64,000 bases of DNA, from positions 85,004,001 through 85,068,000 of the forward strand of contig OZ076409.1 in assembly GCA_964187785.1 (NCBI GenBank), read 5' to 3'. The position numbers were made by a program, and so were the translations under genes. The notes under the pieces were generated by a model. It saw only the letters and a program-made list of their open reading frames with translations, had not been told where the DNA came from and did no database searches. The stretch comes from Amphiscolops sp. MND2022 (taxonomy: Eukaryota). Below are positions 49,269-62,354 of the stretch, piece after piece (positions within the stretch are counted from its first letter, which is position 1; each line of letters begins with the position of its first letter).

Positions 49269-50015
49269 CAGTATATCCCGAAAAGATAGGATAAAAAGTA
49301 ATGTTTGCTATAACCAATCAAGTTAGTATAGAAAGATGAACCATAATAATAAATTGCAGAAAAGTAGATGCCTTTTGTCAAGAATGCATTGATTTTGAAA
49401 TCAAGTCTCCGAATTGTTTTCCAGAGGCCTGAAAACAGCAAGAAGCTCTTGTTTTCAATTGTTGGTTGCTTTTGATATCTGATGTCGCTTCTACAACGTC
49501 CATTAATTCGTTTGGAGACGAGCTTCTGTCTGAAAACCCACATGCAGATGATCCATAACCTATAGTCAATATGACTCAAGTGCGGGTTTTCCAGATGGCA
49601 AAAAGCATCACCTTTTTTGCTGCTAAATATGCCCGGAAAATGGTGCATAGCTGGCGTAGAAATACAGAAGCCATATGTGGTGCTCCGACGTGTTGGAATC
49701 ATATGTTTTCCGTTTCTCATGCTCAAACGAAATTTCGATGTACATGTTTTGGGCTTTCAAAGAGAAAATTGCTTGAAAGAGAACAGTTTTGGATCTTTGG
49801 AAAGCATGCTTTCAAACGCACGTTTTACTGAAATTGAACAGCGAAAACCCAACGAAAGAATTTTTCGCTTCTGCTCTCAAGTAACCTGGACAATCTTTCC
49901 AGTCAGAAATGATGGCATTCAATTGTCTAATTGCTGATAAAAGAACTAGGTTCGCAAATTAGTCGAATCACGAGATGTCGTCAATTACAAATTATCACTC
50001 TTTTGGGACACCCTG
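49269..50015 (-). mobile_element. Internally deleted Tc1/mariner-superfamily transposon relic
   Basis: TIR CAGGGTGTCCCAAAAGAGTGATAA (minus strand, from 50015) and degenerate partner TA|CAGTATATCCCGAAAAGATAGGATAA (49269). Broken transposase motifs FQHVGAPH (QDGAPxH), PHLSHIDYRLW (SPDLSPxDYxLW) and RASCCFQASGKQF. Confidence 0.7.
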
Positions 50016-50586
50016 TCAATGAAATTGAGATTTGCTGCGTATTCGGCGAAATCAGGAAACAAACGCAGTGTTTCTCGTTTCCCTTAGTATTGAAAGATGG
50101 AGATAAAACAAATGTAACAAGCGCCGCGGTTTTAAACGTCCTGTGACAACCCTGTTTACCAAAAGACCAATGTCCTTATTGTTTTGTCTGTTCCAGAACA
50201 ACAATGTAAGTAGCTTTCGAAAAGAACACCTTGTAAAAAATCATTTCATAGTCGAGCTTTCAACACTCAAGGTGGTAACAAAGTCTTGGGTATCTAGCTC
50301 CCGAAATTATTTTAAACATTGAATCGTCAAACCATAGTTAATGCGCAGCTGGGACTCCAGGCATCGAAATTTGATTGTAATCAATTTTAGCACATTTTTT
50401 ATTAATCCTTACATGCGATAGTGTCTTGCTAACAAATGAGCACAAAATATTCAAAGGATGCCAAGGTGGTACACTTTTCAAAATGAGTCAATTCGGAGTG
50501 GAGCGTTCTTATATTCATATTTTGTTCGTTTGGTAGCTTGCTCCCCAGTCTGATTATTATCCTCTTACTGAAGTGGCGGTGACCGC

Positions 50587-50863
50587 TAGAGTGAAATAAG
50601 ATCTAAAGAATAAGATCTAAAGTCAAAAAAGTAATAAGATCTAAAGGAAATAAGATCTAAAATTTCAAGACGGGAATAAGATCTAAAGGTAATAAGATCT
50701 AAAATCAATGCATTTTAGATCGCATTCCCCTTCTCTAAAGAAAAAGATCTGAAGGGAATAAGATCTAAAATTTTAGATCTTATTCCCCTTTTCGAAGTTG
50801 AGCATGTCACAATTTTAGATCTTATTATTTTAAATCTTATTCTTTAGATCTTATCCCCCCTCC
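50587..50863. mobile_element. MITE with aataagatctaaa subrepeats
   Basis: Inverted subrepeat arms; flanking direct repeat cggtgaccgc (50577-50586 and 50864-50873), consistent with a 9-10-bp TSD. Confidence 0.8.
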
Positions 50864-51846
50864 CGGTGACCGCAAATGAGCAACCAGTCATGCTCGACTG
50901 CCACGTCAATCATCTACTTCGAAATTTTGGGTTTTGGCCACCATATATGCCATGCACCGAGAGGGCATAGTCACAGAACATGACGAAAAGCTACAATAGT
51001 AATCGACACTCTCTTCAATGCTCTAAAAATGCACGAATGCGCTTTTTCGTCTTTTGTAGTTTCGGCATGTTTACAAAAAAGTTGCCCAAAGATCAAAATT
51101 CTAAATACTAATCTACCACCTAGCAGTGGGTGTGCTTATCCATCCTGGCCACCGAGGCTTCAAAGAGCAAAGGAAATGGTGACCCGGGTTGACCATCTTA
51201 CTTGCATCTTGGCTGTCTTGGCAAGATCTTGCCAAGATGTTACTAAGATATCCATGGAGGATTAACTCGGGGAGAACAAGATTTGAACCTCAACCTTTCT
51301 ACTGGAAAATTGCGTACTTAACCAATTAGATCACCACTGTGGGCAAGGAATAAACTTGCAATCGATTGTTCATAATCTTATTCTCTCAAATTTGTTTTCT
51401 CTGATCTTACTGCGTTCCTCGAAAAAAAATTCATTCATTAAATCTCAAAGTGTATTCGAACAAAAAGCTGTATTTTTTGCAGCAAACAAGATTAAATGAA
51501 TTCCAAACCTATATATCCCAATAGGTAGCAAAAAATTTGAAAAATTACCAATTACGGTGAAGTCAATGAAAAACCGTCACTATTCAAATCACCACTATTT
51601 ACCCATCTAGATTTTATTTGTAGCATTTACAATATTCAATCAATTTGTTTTATAGATTCATCTACTAAGAATATGTACTGCTTTTTTGTAGCTTCTTCAC
51701 AGTTGTGTTGAAAAACTCAAAAGCCAGGGTCATATTGTAAAGGGTTTTCGGATCCAATCACGTACAAGTGTCCACTTTTAATTGATCTTAGCAATACCTG
51801 TGAAATATTTTCTTGCAAAATCGAAACATCGTTCCAAGGAAACTCC

Positions 51847-52382
51847 TCAAACATCAACTTCGGCTGCTGGGTCCCACGTATGAACATCAGGCGTCACAGA
51901 AGTATATCTATTTTCCTCCACCAAATTTTCATTTTTCCTTTTCTGAGGCGACTTCATGGAATTCTTGTTGTCTGAGTTCCACAGAATTGGGCAAGGATTT
52001 GCGCAACTTCTGCAGATCCCATAAGTGGGCATAATTTCGGGGTACCTACCGCGATCAATGCCTCCATTAGGCACAGTCGCAGACCCCGAGCTCCGATTCG
52101 CGTCGTACCAGGGTACGAAAGTGTAGCAAGATTCCGAGGGGTTCACATATATGGACGGGGCTCCAGTTTTGAGGTGGAGATTTCCATTATTTTTATCGGA
52201 TACGGTATTGTTAGAAGCCGCGGCATCAGGGTGATTAGTCTCCTCGACTTTTCTCTGATGCCACTGGTAAGTGTTGACATGGTTTTCAGGACTTTTTTCA
52301 GTTTGATTTTCTTGTCGCTGCGCTTCGTCTTCAATTTCCTGAATGTCTGCTTCTACTGCTTTAGAATAGGATGTTGAAACCT
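51847..52382 (-). CDS. Candidate terminal coding exon (hydrophilic, ~178 codons); possibly the SLC10 cytoplasmic tail or part of another gene
   Basis: Long open frame in non-repetitive, more GC-rich sequence. Acceptor tatgtttcag|AG at phase 1 is compatible with the phase-1 donors at 58809 and 58255. No recognisable domain. Confidence 0.5.
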
Positions 52383-53670
52383 CTGAAACATAGTAGACTT
52401 GAAAGTGGTCTGGTATCATGTATACAATTAATGAACCACAATTGAATTTGCAAGGAAAACCAGTGTTATTTTGTTTGTGTAAGAACTAAATCAAACAAAA
52501 TATCATTGGCTTCAGGTTCGCACTCCTGAAAACTTCGAAAGCTCCTTATAATTTTTGTTTGTTATAGCCTAGCCTTTAATTCCGTTTTAATTTAATTTTT
52601 CCAGTAACCAATTCAGACACGTTCTAGAAAAATAAAAAAATGTCGAAAAAAAATAAATAGAAATCGTTCAAAAGATTGAAGCACTTTTTTCCATGTTACT
52701 GAGCTCTAAGAAGTAAAAATCATTGTACTTTTTTACAAAAAAAGAATTGCTAGTCCCTGCTAAAAAATAACTGCTAAGGAAATAACTGTTAGTCGTTTAT
52801 CTTTTTCAATCTTTATGCCAACATATGAACCCAAAATTGTAGAGGTCTTTCAGGCACTTTTCGCTTTTGCAGGCACTTTTTTCGAAAACGCTTAGATGTT
52901 TCCATAAATACATATGCTACCTAATTTTTGGTCGGTAAATTTTGTGTAAGAAACTTTTCGTTCATGTTGGAACTTGGACTCTGGCAAAATAAGGTTAGAA
53001 ATTGCCAGATGAGAGATATAAGCAAACATGGGCGGGGAAAGAAAAATCATGCCTGTTTAAAAAATTGTGAAACTCGCAGGAAATACCACCGAATGTTATC
53101 CCTTCATTTAGTTTCAAGAGTCCTTAGAAATATGGATTATCCAAGGTTGAGATTGCTTTTTAAGATTCCCCTAAACTATGGACAGTAAGTAGCTTCCAAG
53201 GCTGAGTCTTGAGAAAATTTTAGTGCTGAGACTTGACAGTTGGAAGTTTGCTGATTATATATTTTATTGACGGCGTTTGAATGTTATTTAGGTCTGGATT
53301 GATTGAGAACCATCTACTCCTTATTCATTATCTAATTATATTTTTCTTCGAAAGGTACTCGGATCTCATTTCTTGGAAAATATGTAACCTTGAAGAAATA
53401 AGGTCAGCCTATTTCCAAATTCGTTCCTCTTTATGACTGAAGACTCACACGAACTCTAATTTTTTATAATACCTCTTATTTGTGCGCTTCTGTTTGTCTT
53501 CTGAAGATTGTTTGTCTTCTGATTGTTTGTAATCAAGTGTATCTCATGTCAACTCTTCTGACATGAATAAAAAGGGACTTTAGCATAATCGCCAATGCTT
53601 CAGATCCAAGAGAGTACCTTCATTGAACTACCTCATTAGAGAACTTCAAAACTTTGAGTTTCTAGAGATG

Positions 53671-54227
53671 GTTACAGGTCTTAATACCAGAGGACAAAAT
53701 ACCAGAGGTCGAAAGACCAGAGGTCTTAAAACCACAGAGTCATATTACCAGACGGTCAAATTACAAGACGGTCAAAATACCAGTTAGAATCGAACGATTG
53801 CGCAATTTGAGGTTTATATACGCTTCTTGAAATTGACTAGCGTCTTGACTTCAATTAGATTTGCTTGCAAACTTTCTTGATTTTAGCACTAAAGCGATTT
53901 CAGTGCTTTCAGAATCGAAAGTGTTGCAATATTTAGTTAATGACATTAGAAGAAAGGAACCATTCACTAGTTTGTGCTTATCGAGTCGTTGACAATAGTT
54001 GCACTAATTAAATAATTAGAAATGAATGAACGATCTCTAAATGAGTCTTTTTTACGGTATTAGAAAGAAATAATAATCATACTTCGTGGTACATTACTTG
54101 GTTTCCTAATCCTCTGACATTTTGACCGTCTGGTAATTTGTCCGTCTGGTAATTTGACTCTGTGGTTTTATCACCTTTTGTCTTTCGACCTCTGGTATTT
54201 TGACTTGCGGTATTTTGACCTGACACC
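53671..54227. mobile_element. Mutator-type MITE with ggtcaaaataccaga subrepeats
   Basis: Inverted arms; perfect 9-bp TSD ctagagatg (53662-53670 and 54228-54236). Confidence 0.85.
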
Positions 54228-54249
54228 CTAGAGATGAATATTTTTATGC

Positions 54250-55980
54250 GGTTTAGTATCATTTCACTCCACGTTTCTTTCACCCCATATCATTTCACTT
54301 CACAACATTTCACCCCACAATAATTTCAACCCACGTTCATTTCACCCCACGTTCATTTCACCCCAAATTCATTTCACCCCAATTTAAATTATCAAATGCG
54401 TCTCACATTATTGACTATTGCCACATAATTTCAAACTAAAAAAAGCGTCATAATGCTAAGTACCAATTAGATAAGCGAACGATGCTAACTATGGTGGCAG
54501 GACAAAATACCAAAAGTCCGAATAGCCAAGGTCAAACTAGCCAATGCCATAATATCCCATATGCTAATTTAACCAACGTGACATAAAAGCCAATGTGACA
54601 TAGAAGCCAAAGTGACATAATAACCAACGCGAGAGTACGGACGCGCGCTCAAGAAAAGCGTCTTGAATTAATTAACTCGAACAAATGAAACAATTCAAGT
54701 GTTTCAACGCTTGTAATTTCAACGCAGTAATGGAGCAGAACTTACTTGGGGAGCCACCCAAAAAGGTCAAAAGTTGATTATTTTCAATGGCAACGAGTTC
54801 AGAAAAAACTCGCCACAAAAACAACAACACACTGGAGAGCTCCAAACAGCGCTCACTTTCCTGCACAGAGAGGAACTTTGCCTTGACTGACGAATACAAG
54901 TACTTTGCTGTTCGATTCCGGCATAGATGACAAGGGAAGAATTCTCATTTTTGGTGATGTTACAATGGTTGCAGCATTGTCCACGCGTAAAAACCTCTAG
55001 TTATGTGACGGGACAAATTAGACAGTTTCAGCCAGAAGCTCAACTTTTTGAAGGCAGCTACGGGCACAGTGAATAAGGGTCGCAAAAAGTACCTCGAAAT
55101 TGACGAGAAATTTTCCTGTCTAGTTATTGATTACAACCCTGATTCCCCACTGAACTTTTTGATGGCAATCGCTCATTTAACCCATTCATGATCCAATTTG
55201 TTGTGTAATTATTATTATTATTATTAGAATATATTAGAAAAATAAAAATATGCGTTTCCTCCTGAAATAAGTGAGATTGAGAGCCCAAAATTTGACACGT
55301 GAATCAGGGCGATATTAGGGTTTGTTCGTTCCCCCTCCCGCCCTCTCCCGATTTCTCGAACTCCCGTAAATAGGGAAATTATAGAAATCGGGAACTTCCG
55401 TCACCATTTTTTTCATAAAATGGCAAAGACTAGGCTCGAACTCTCGCGTTGGTGTGATGTCACATTGGCTATTATGTCACGTTGGCTATTTTGGCATTGG
55501 CTATTTTGTCACGTTGGATATTTTGGCTTTGGCTATTATGGCATTGGTTATTATGATTTAGGATTTTCTAACATGTAACCTAACGCTGACTATGTGAACC
55601 AAGAAATCGGAACCGAAAAGTTCCACTAGACGAAATAGTAATACTTTGAACAAGGCGCTGAAAAAAATGATTTCTGTCAATCAAAATCTTCAGTTTTGGA
55701 TGCAGCAAATCTTCAGCAAAAATTTTCCTATTCTGTTTTCCTACGGCAAAAAAAACTCCTACAGAAACTGACAATCAAATCAAAGCTAACTTAAAGACAG
55801 TAGGCATCAAAGTTTAACTGTTAATTGATTAATTAAGGTGAGACGCTTTTGTATAATTACAATATGGTGTGAAATGAAAGTGGGATGAAATGAACGTGGA
55901 GTGAAATGAATGTGGGGTGAAATGAACGTGGGGTGAAATGAATGTGGGCTGAAATGACATGGGGTGAAATGAACGCACAA
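54250..55980. mobile_element. catttcacccca-family MITE hosting a Mutator deletion derivative
   Basis: Collinear with 42384-43084 once 54493-55584 is removed; TSD tttttatgc / cttttatgc. Confidence 0.8.
54493..55584 (+). mobile_element. Internally deleted Mutator (MULE) transposon with transposase remnants
   Basis: 9-bp TSD gctaactat / gctgactat; subrepeat TIRs (atagccaa / ttggctat). Remnants TQKGQKLIIFNGNEF..KTTTHWR (FLYWCH-like), LLFDSGIDDKGRILIFG...L*LCDGT (first catalytic Asp region) and RKKYLEIDEK...LNFLMAIAHL* (C-terminus). Confidence 0.8.
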
Positions 55981-58254
55981 CTTTTATGCTACTCAGCTCG
56001 GTACTTTCGGCAACGACTTGAAATCTGATTTCAGCGTGGTTATAGTTGCTTTTATTGTTAGAAGACTAAGAAAAGCTGCTTCAATTAAGAAGAAATAGCC
56101 AATGACGTTACTAAGTTATCGCAGATTCTCAGATAAGTACATAGCGTAACCACTTTTACAGTCGTGAAGTGTCAGTGGGTTAAGAGTCTGAATGTAGATT
56201 CAGATTCCGTCAGATTCTCTTAGTGTGACCTATAAAGAATCAGACAGTTCTGAAATACAAAAAAGACACAGTGTTTTTATAAAAACACTTTCTCCAATAT
56301 AAAAGCTTTCTCCAATGAGTTACGATGTATATATACATTGTAAGTTATTGGAGAAAGTTTATATACATGACTTTTAAAACATTTTTACAAGTAATTTTCA
56401 AATGCCATGGATCATATCACGTCCGTATATGGGACGATACGCATATGAGTATAACTTCTGCCATCCAGAACGTGACGAAATTATAGAAAATGTTTTCCAC
56501 TCCATACGTTTATGGTGTTGAATAAAAGATTTGTGAAAACGAATACCAGAAATTTCTTCGTCATCAAAACTTTCGTCGTCGGTAATTGCGTTCTATCTCT
56601 TTTTATTAATGAGCCTACTTATCTGACTAATTATCGTTAATTGTGCAATAATTGCTACCATTGACTACTTTTAATGGCTTGAGATGAAAAATTTCGCAAG
56701 CCAATTTTTAACTATCAATAGAAAATTTTCCAGTGTCACAGATTTTCAGACCTTGGTAGATGTTCTAAATGAATTAGTTAAATTAATAGAACTATTTCGA
56801 TAATTTTTCAATATTAAAAATAGTTTCGAAGATTGAATTCATTCAACTTCAATTTGAAATAATCATGAAGCAACAGCTGCACGTGACAAATTCTATCAAC
56901 AGTTTCGTGGCTCCACAGATTTCGATCGAGTTTCAGAAACAAAATTTCTTCCAAAATTTAAAAAATGTGTTACATGCTGATGACGTCATCAGTTAAATGA
57001 TGCGAACAACAAATTTCATTCCTTTAAAGTTTGAAGTTCAAATTATTGTAAAATAATTGGTGGAAAGAAAGAAATAGTTGGTTTTGCGAATGGATGCCAA
57101 TAATCAATTCAATAATTATTGCAGTTATTTTTCACTCAATTATTTATTACCAAGGTCTGCAGATTTTTAAACACATTTTTTTTCAAGTTTTGAACATTTT
57201 TTGAAAGTTGGTTGGTAAAAAAAGTTCACGACTGAAAATATCCCGTTGCTCACTCAATAAGCGACTTAATGAGTTGATTGAATGCAATTATTTTTTTGAC
57301 TCGATTTAGGTGTCAAAATCAGCCTTTGTTCTTCCGGTCTTATTTTAATAATTAAATAATTGAATAGGTGAAATGGAATCTTTTCATGAACGCGGTTAAT
57401 TTTAATCAAAACAACAAAATTTCCGCCTCATGTGAAAACGACAGGTAGAACACTACTTTGAAGGACTTCAAGACTAGTTCGTCTCTGGAAACACAGAAAC
57501 ACATAAAAGGTAGAAAAGCCTGGCATTCGGTTAGTTGCATCAAAATTCAAGTGATGCTCAGTTGTTTTCGATAGAAGCATAATGGGAGGGTTCTTGAAGA
57601 TTTATATGCACACAAATCTTTATAAACATGAATGAAAACATGTTCTAACTATTTTACTATTTTTGGGTAGAATTTCAATTTTTCATTTTCTCATTCAGAT
57701 TCTAGAAAGATGCCCATTTTTGTCCCGGAAATGTCAATAAAGTTAAGCATCAATGAGCTAGTTGATTGATTTTCTTTCGAGCAAAAAAAGACATGTCCTC
57801 TAATTCGGTATAAAGAAATATTCATTTGTAACTTTCAAACTACTTTGAATTACGCACTTGAGGATTGGAGGAAATGGAACCACCCAAGATTAACAAACCA
57901 TACCCCTGGTTGAGGAAATTGCTAATAAATGCAAAGTTTCTGCCTGCTTACAACCCTGGTGAACTTCACAAAATTGTGATATTTCGTCTCATATTTCTCC
58001 ATAAATAGTTTCAAGTTTCAAGTTGAAACGTTTTTCGATTTAACAGAAACATAGGTTAAGGACATGTAATAGCTGTGTTCTACATTTCTTCAGTGGCATC
58101 AGTCTAAAAGTTGCAAAAATAAATGGATGGTTCGAGCGTTCAAACGTCGGGAAATGCTCGGAATTGGCTCATCAATTTCTTTCACAAATTAAAAAATTGC
58201 ACCTCTCGAACATGTTTTTAACGCTTCAAGAACATTTGAAAAGCCCGGACTTAC

Positions 58255-58350
58255 TCATCAAAAAACCCAAAAGGAGACCTTTTGTTGCAGAGTCAATTTC
58301 ACCTAAGTTCATACTTTCCATTCCCCATCCATATGTTGACCTTGAAGTAC
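58255..58350 (-). CDS. Candidate SLC10 downstream exon (GTSRSTYGWGMESMNLGEIDSATKGLLLGFLM)
   Basis: ttcgttggcag| acceptor and |gtaagt donor; 96 nt, phase 1 to phase 1, open in the frame of the preceding exon. No homology evidence. Confidence 0.45.
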
Positions 58351-58808
58351 CTGCCAACGAATATATGTACGACAACTAGAATTTCTATCACTTAGGTATT
58401 AGCTTACACAGTGAAAAGAATACAACCTTATCGAGCCTGTTATTTTACCCTTGAGTCAGTATGCAACACCGTTTCGTTTCTAATTTTGCTATTAACTGAA
58501 AAATAGAATACTGAAAGTCGACTACTCTTTAGCGGCTTCAAGGACGGTGTAGTTGTTAAGAGAAAGTATCTATCGTTCGCAGCCAATTTTTTATAAAGAA
58601 AAAAAGGTTGATTTAAAAAAATGTTTCTTATTTCCCCCATGTACACCTTGTTTCGGATTCCCCCACGCCCAACACGAAAGAACTTTTTATTCTTGAAGAA
58701 AAAATTTCACTAATAAGAGAAAATTATATGAAGGGAGACACTTGGGTGGTGAAATAAGAAAAATGGTCCGGTTGATCTTTTTTTTTTACAGCTTGGTGAA
58801 TGTCTTAC

Positions 58809-59070
58809 CAAGTGCGATTTGGTGACTGACGGTAAGCACGAAAGCATAGAAGAGTGAGAATGCGGTGTAGATGTAGGGAATAGCACAGTCCAGGTCTGAC
58901 ACAGGCGGCTTCTTCAAGTCTCTGATGATAAGGGCCACCAGAGAGGTGTCTTGAATGCCTGTCTCCAGAATCACTGTCTTGATTGCAGACACTCGCTGTC
59001 TAGATAGTGACGTCAGAGCTGCCCCTGTTAGGAGACCTGATAGTGGCAACAGAGAAGCCACTGCCAAGTT
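58809..59070 (-). CDS. SLC10A: SLC10 bile acid:Na+ symporter family protein, exon with C-terminal TM helices
   Basis: tgtgtttag|AAC ... CTT G|gtaaga; LLPLSGLLTG...KTVILETGIQDTSLVALII...IPYIY matches the ETGxQN...PxxY family motif. Confidence 0.85.
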
Positions 59071-59848
59071 CTAAACACAAGTTAGAAATGGTTCCTAAAG
59101 GCCAATGGGACAGCTTTTGATACGTACCAGTTGATTTTTCAATTGACGTTTTTGAAAGATGTTTTTTCAAACAAGTTTTGAAGAAAATAGTTTTCGAAAA
59201 GGGTGTTATTAACATGTTTTCAGCATTTTCGACGTTTGGAATGAAACAGAAATTGTTAAAAATCAATCGCAATTCATTACATTCGAATCAAAGACCATGA
59301 CCACGACCACGAATGACCATGACTATGATGAAAAAACCATATTTCAGCCAAAAAAAGTCCATGACAGAAGTTCGAATAGAATGCACTGTGCTGATGAAAA
59401 TTTTTTCTGTGTAAAAAGATGAAATTTAACAAAAAATAAATAAGAAGAACTTCCAAAGAGTGGTTGAAAATAACTTTTTGAATCAATGTCATTAAGTTAC
59501 GGTTACATATTAAACTACAATTAGTTCACAAAGTTGAAGTTTTCCATTCTAGTTGTGTTTGCTAGCTAAAAAGCATCGCTAAAACCAATATAAAATAATG
59601 ATGAGGCGATGAGACGGGCAGAGGTGCAAACTGCTGTCGGAGAAGTGTGATTGATACACGGTGTCAACATGTTCCAAAAATTGATCTCTCGAATTGAAAC
59701 ATCCTTAGGTGTACTGAAATACATGTTTTAAAAAGAAGAGAAGTTCCAGAAACATGCTTTGATTCGAATTTTCTGGAGCTACACCTAATTCATCCTTTGC
59801 AACAAGTAAGTAAATATAATCTTTCATTCTAAACCAAGAGTAAATAAC

Positions 59849-59978
59849 CTGCTTGGTGAGTAGGTGTAGCACGAAGCGAGTGGAGTACAGTTGGGAGACA
59901 GTGTGGATGAGCATGGCAGCACAAATGATCCATCTGCCCCGCTTGAACCGCTTCTTGTTCGTGGAGGGAAAGAAGTAT
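59849..59978 (-). CDS. SLC10A: SLC10 family protein, internal exon (R-YFFPSTNKKRFKRGRWIICAAMLIH...LLTKQ)
   Basis: gcgcag|A acceptor (phase 2) and CAG|gttatt donor (phase 0) bridge the flanking exons in frame. Confidence 0.75.
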
Positions 59979-60229
59979 CTGCGCCCAAAACAAGTCACAT
60001 CAATCGGAGTCCTCGTCAACATTTTTAGGATTTAGGCAGCTGAGTATTAGTATCGTCAGCATCCAGACTTATTTCTTTTCAAGGAGAGCTGAGTATTAGT
60101 ATCGAGAGCATTCAAATCTACTTCCGTTATTATTTTCCGCCTCCACAAATTTATCTGTGGGGGATGAAAATCATAACCTGTGCTAAGTTTTTTTTTCTTC
60201 CAAATTTTGCCAAATCTTCACTTTTTATT

Positions 60230-62168
60230 TGATATCGTCCGTTGTGAAACAAAAACAAGAAAGATTTTCTTGGAATTGTTTTATCTCTCTCAAATCGTCA
60301 AAAGACCGCTGGAACTTTATAAACAACGTAAGGGGTCAAAATCAACCAGTCAACATTGCAGCTGTGAAAAATTCTTTTGGAGACTTGATTGTCGATGATA
60401 AGAAAATTGCTGAACACTTCAACTTCATCTTCTCAAATCTTGGCCAATATTTTGGTAGAGAGTATGAGAATGCTCCTGTATTTAAGGCTGGTGATGAGTC
60501 GTTCTGCTTCTGCCCAATAACAGAAAAAGATTGTTATAATATTTTGAAACAAATAAATCCCCACAAACCAACTGGTCTCTGTAAAGTACCTGCATGGGCA
60601 ATTATCGACGGCCAAAAAATTTTAGTCCCTCATCTGACATTTGTTCTAAATGAATGCATCAAGGATTGTGTGTTCCCTTCAATGCTAAAAAGGGCAGTAA
60701 TAACTCCAATTTTAAAAAAGTTGACATCTTGGACCCGTTAAATTATCGCCCCATTTCAATAACTACTCCGTTCTCAAAAATTCTCCAGAAATGTCTGCAC
60801 AAACAAATAACTGCTTACGCAGAGAGTCGTGGGATACTCACACCACTTCAATTTGGTTTTCGATCAAAACTTTCTGCGCAAGATGCCATTTTGTATTTTA
60901 TTGAAACAATCCAACACGAGATCGAAATTGGAAATATCGAAAAGAAACTCGAATCATTACATTTTTCACCTTCGGCTACACAAATCGTGGAAAGTTTTTT
61001 AACAGGTCGATTGCAACAAGTCTCTGTGAATGGTGTTCTGTCGGAATGGATTGAATTGAAACAAGGTGTCCCCCAAGGAACAGTCGTAGGACCATTATTT
61101 TTCAACCTGTATGTGAATGATCTTCCAGAACTTATAAGCAGACCTGCTCATATATTACAGTATGCTGACGATTGTTTAGTTTTCTGTAGTGATAAAAAAT
61201 CTGAGATTGCTCTTGAAATATTGCAAGACAATATATATAAATTAGAAGAATACCTTTGTCTGAATAAGCTGAATTTAAACGGAAGTAAAACGGAATTCAT
61301 AACCTTCTCCCTCAAAAATGATAAACGCCTCAACGACTCAGAAACAGTTACTGTGGGCTCCACCTTAGTAAAGAAATCAGACCATTGCAAATACTTAGGT
61401 GTAACCATTGATAAACACCTCGGGTTCCAAACACAAGTTAAAAACGTGCTGAAAAATTAGGCAGTTGGTATAAAAACTGTTGAAACTGTCCAACACAGGT
61501 TTCCAACTGGGGTACTTCTCATGCTTTTCCACGCACTTGTGATGAGTCACCTGAATATTCTCTATTGTTTTTCTTCAAAGTTAGTTCTTCTTTGTTGCTC
61601 TCACTAGAAAAACAGATGTATTGGGCTTTGAAAAGCGTGTTTTTTCGTTCGAATATCAAGTCATCTCATGAATTGAGAAAAAACAAAGGTATAATCAGTA
61701 TACGTCACTTGATTATGTTCAAATCCCTGATTTACTTCTTCCAGTACATTAATAATGAAAAAAGCATTCCAAAACCAGTTGAAGTTACCTACAGCAACAT
61801 ATCGATGGAATTCCCGTACGAATCATGTTATATATACGGGTAATTTTTCATCTGTTTCAACTTCATCATTCTTTCATTGTACTGCACTGTAGTGGAACTC
61901 ACTACCACTACATATGCGAGATCCAAGTGTGAGTCTACATGTATTCAAAAGTAGATTGAAAATTCATTTGGAAAAAGAGTCAAATGCAGTTCCTATTCAA
62001 GTAGCTAGTACCTGGCGTGATTTGCGCTTCAAATAAACCTGTCTGTCTTTCTTTTATTTGTTGTAAAGTTCGAGAAAACTACTTATGCTTGCATAAGTCA
62101 TCTACACTTATTGTATGGTAAGCTGTCAGCTATCCCCTTACAATAATATAGTGTTGTCTCTCTCTCTC
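60230..62168 (+). mobile_element. 5'-truncated CR1/L2-group LINE inside an SLC10 intron, antisense to the gene
   Basis: NYRPISITTPFSKILQK, LQFGFR, GVPQGTVVGPLFFNLYVNDLP, QYADD, KYLGVTID. Frameshifts and stops present; the block carrying DLSKAFD is missing; ends in a (TC)n tail. Confidence 0.9.
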
Positions 62169-62354
62169 ATATCCTGGTGCTTAGAAAAACAGCTCCCATT
62201 TGTCCCAGCACGCTCTATCCGAACTTTTGACGTTATATCTGAAGTAAATATTGTTTTACTGAGGATGAAACGTGAATTCGAAAATATGCCCTATATCCGA
62301 ATATCGACGTTATATTCCGAATAAATTGCGTTTTACCAAAGGAGGTAAATTTTC

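Noticed and set aside
53340..53555. Minus-strand frame punctuated by in-frame TGA codons (selenoprotein or readthrough idea)
   Set aside because: No redox-motif context or SECIS recognised; consistent with non-coding or decayed sequence.
59277..59492. ORF with His/Ser/Trp repeats as an SLC10 exon
   Set aside because: Exons 59849-59978 and 58809-59070 already join in frame; this ORF derives from a short gaccat repeat.
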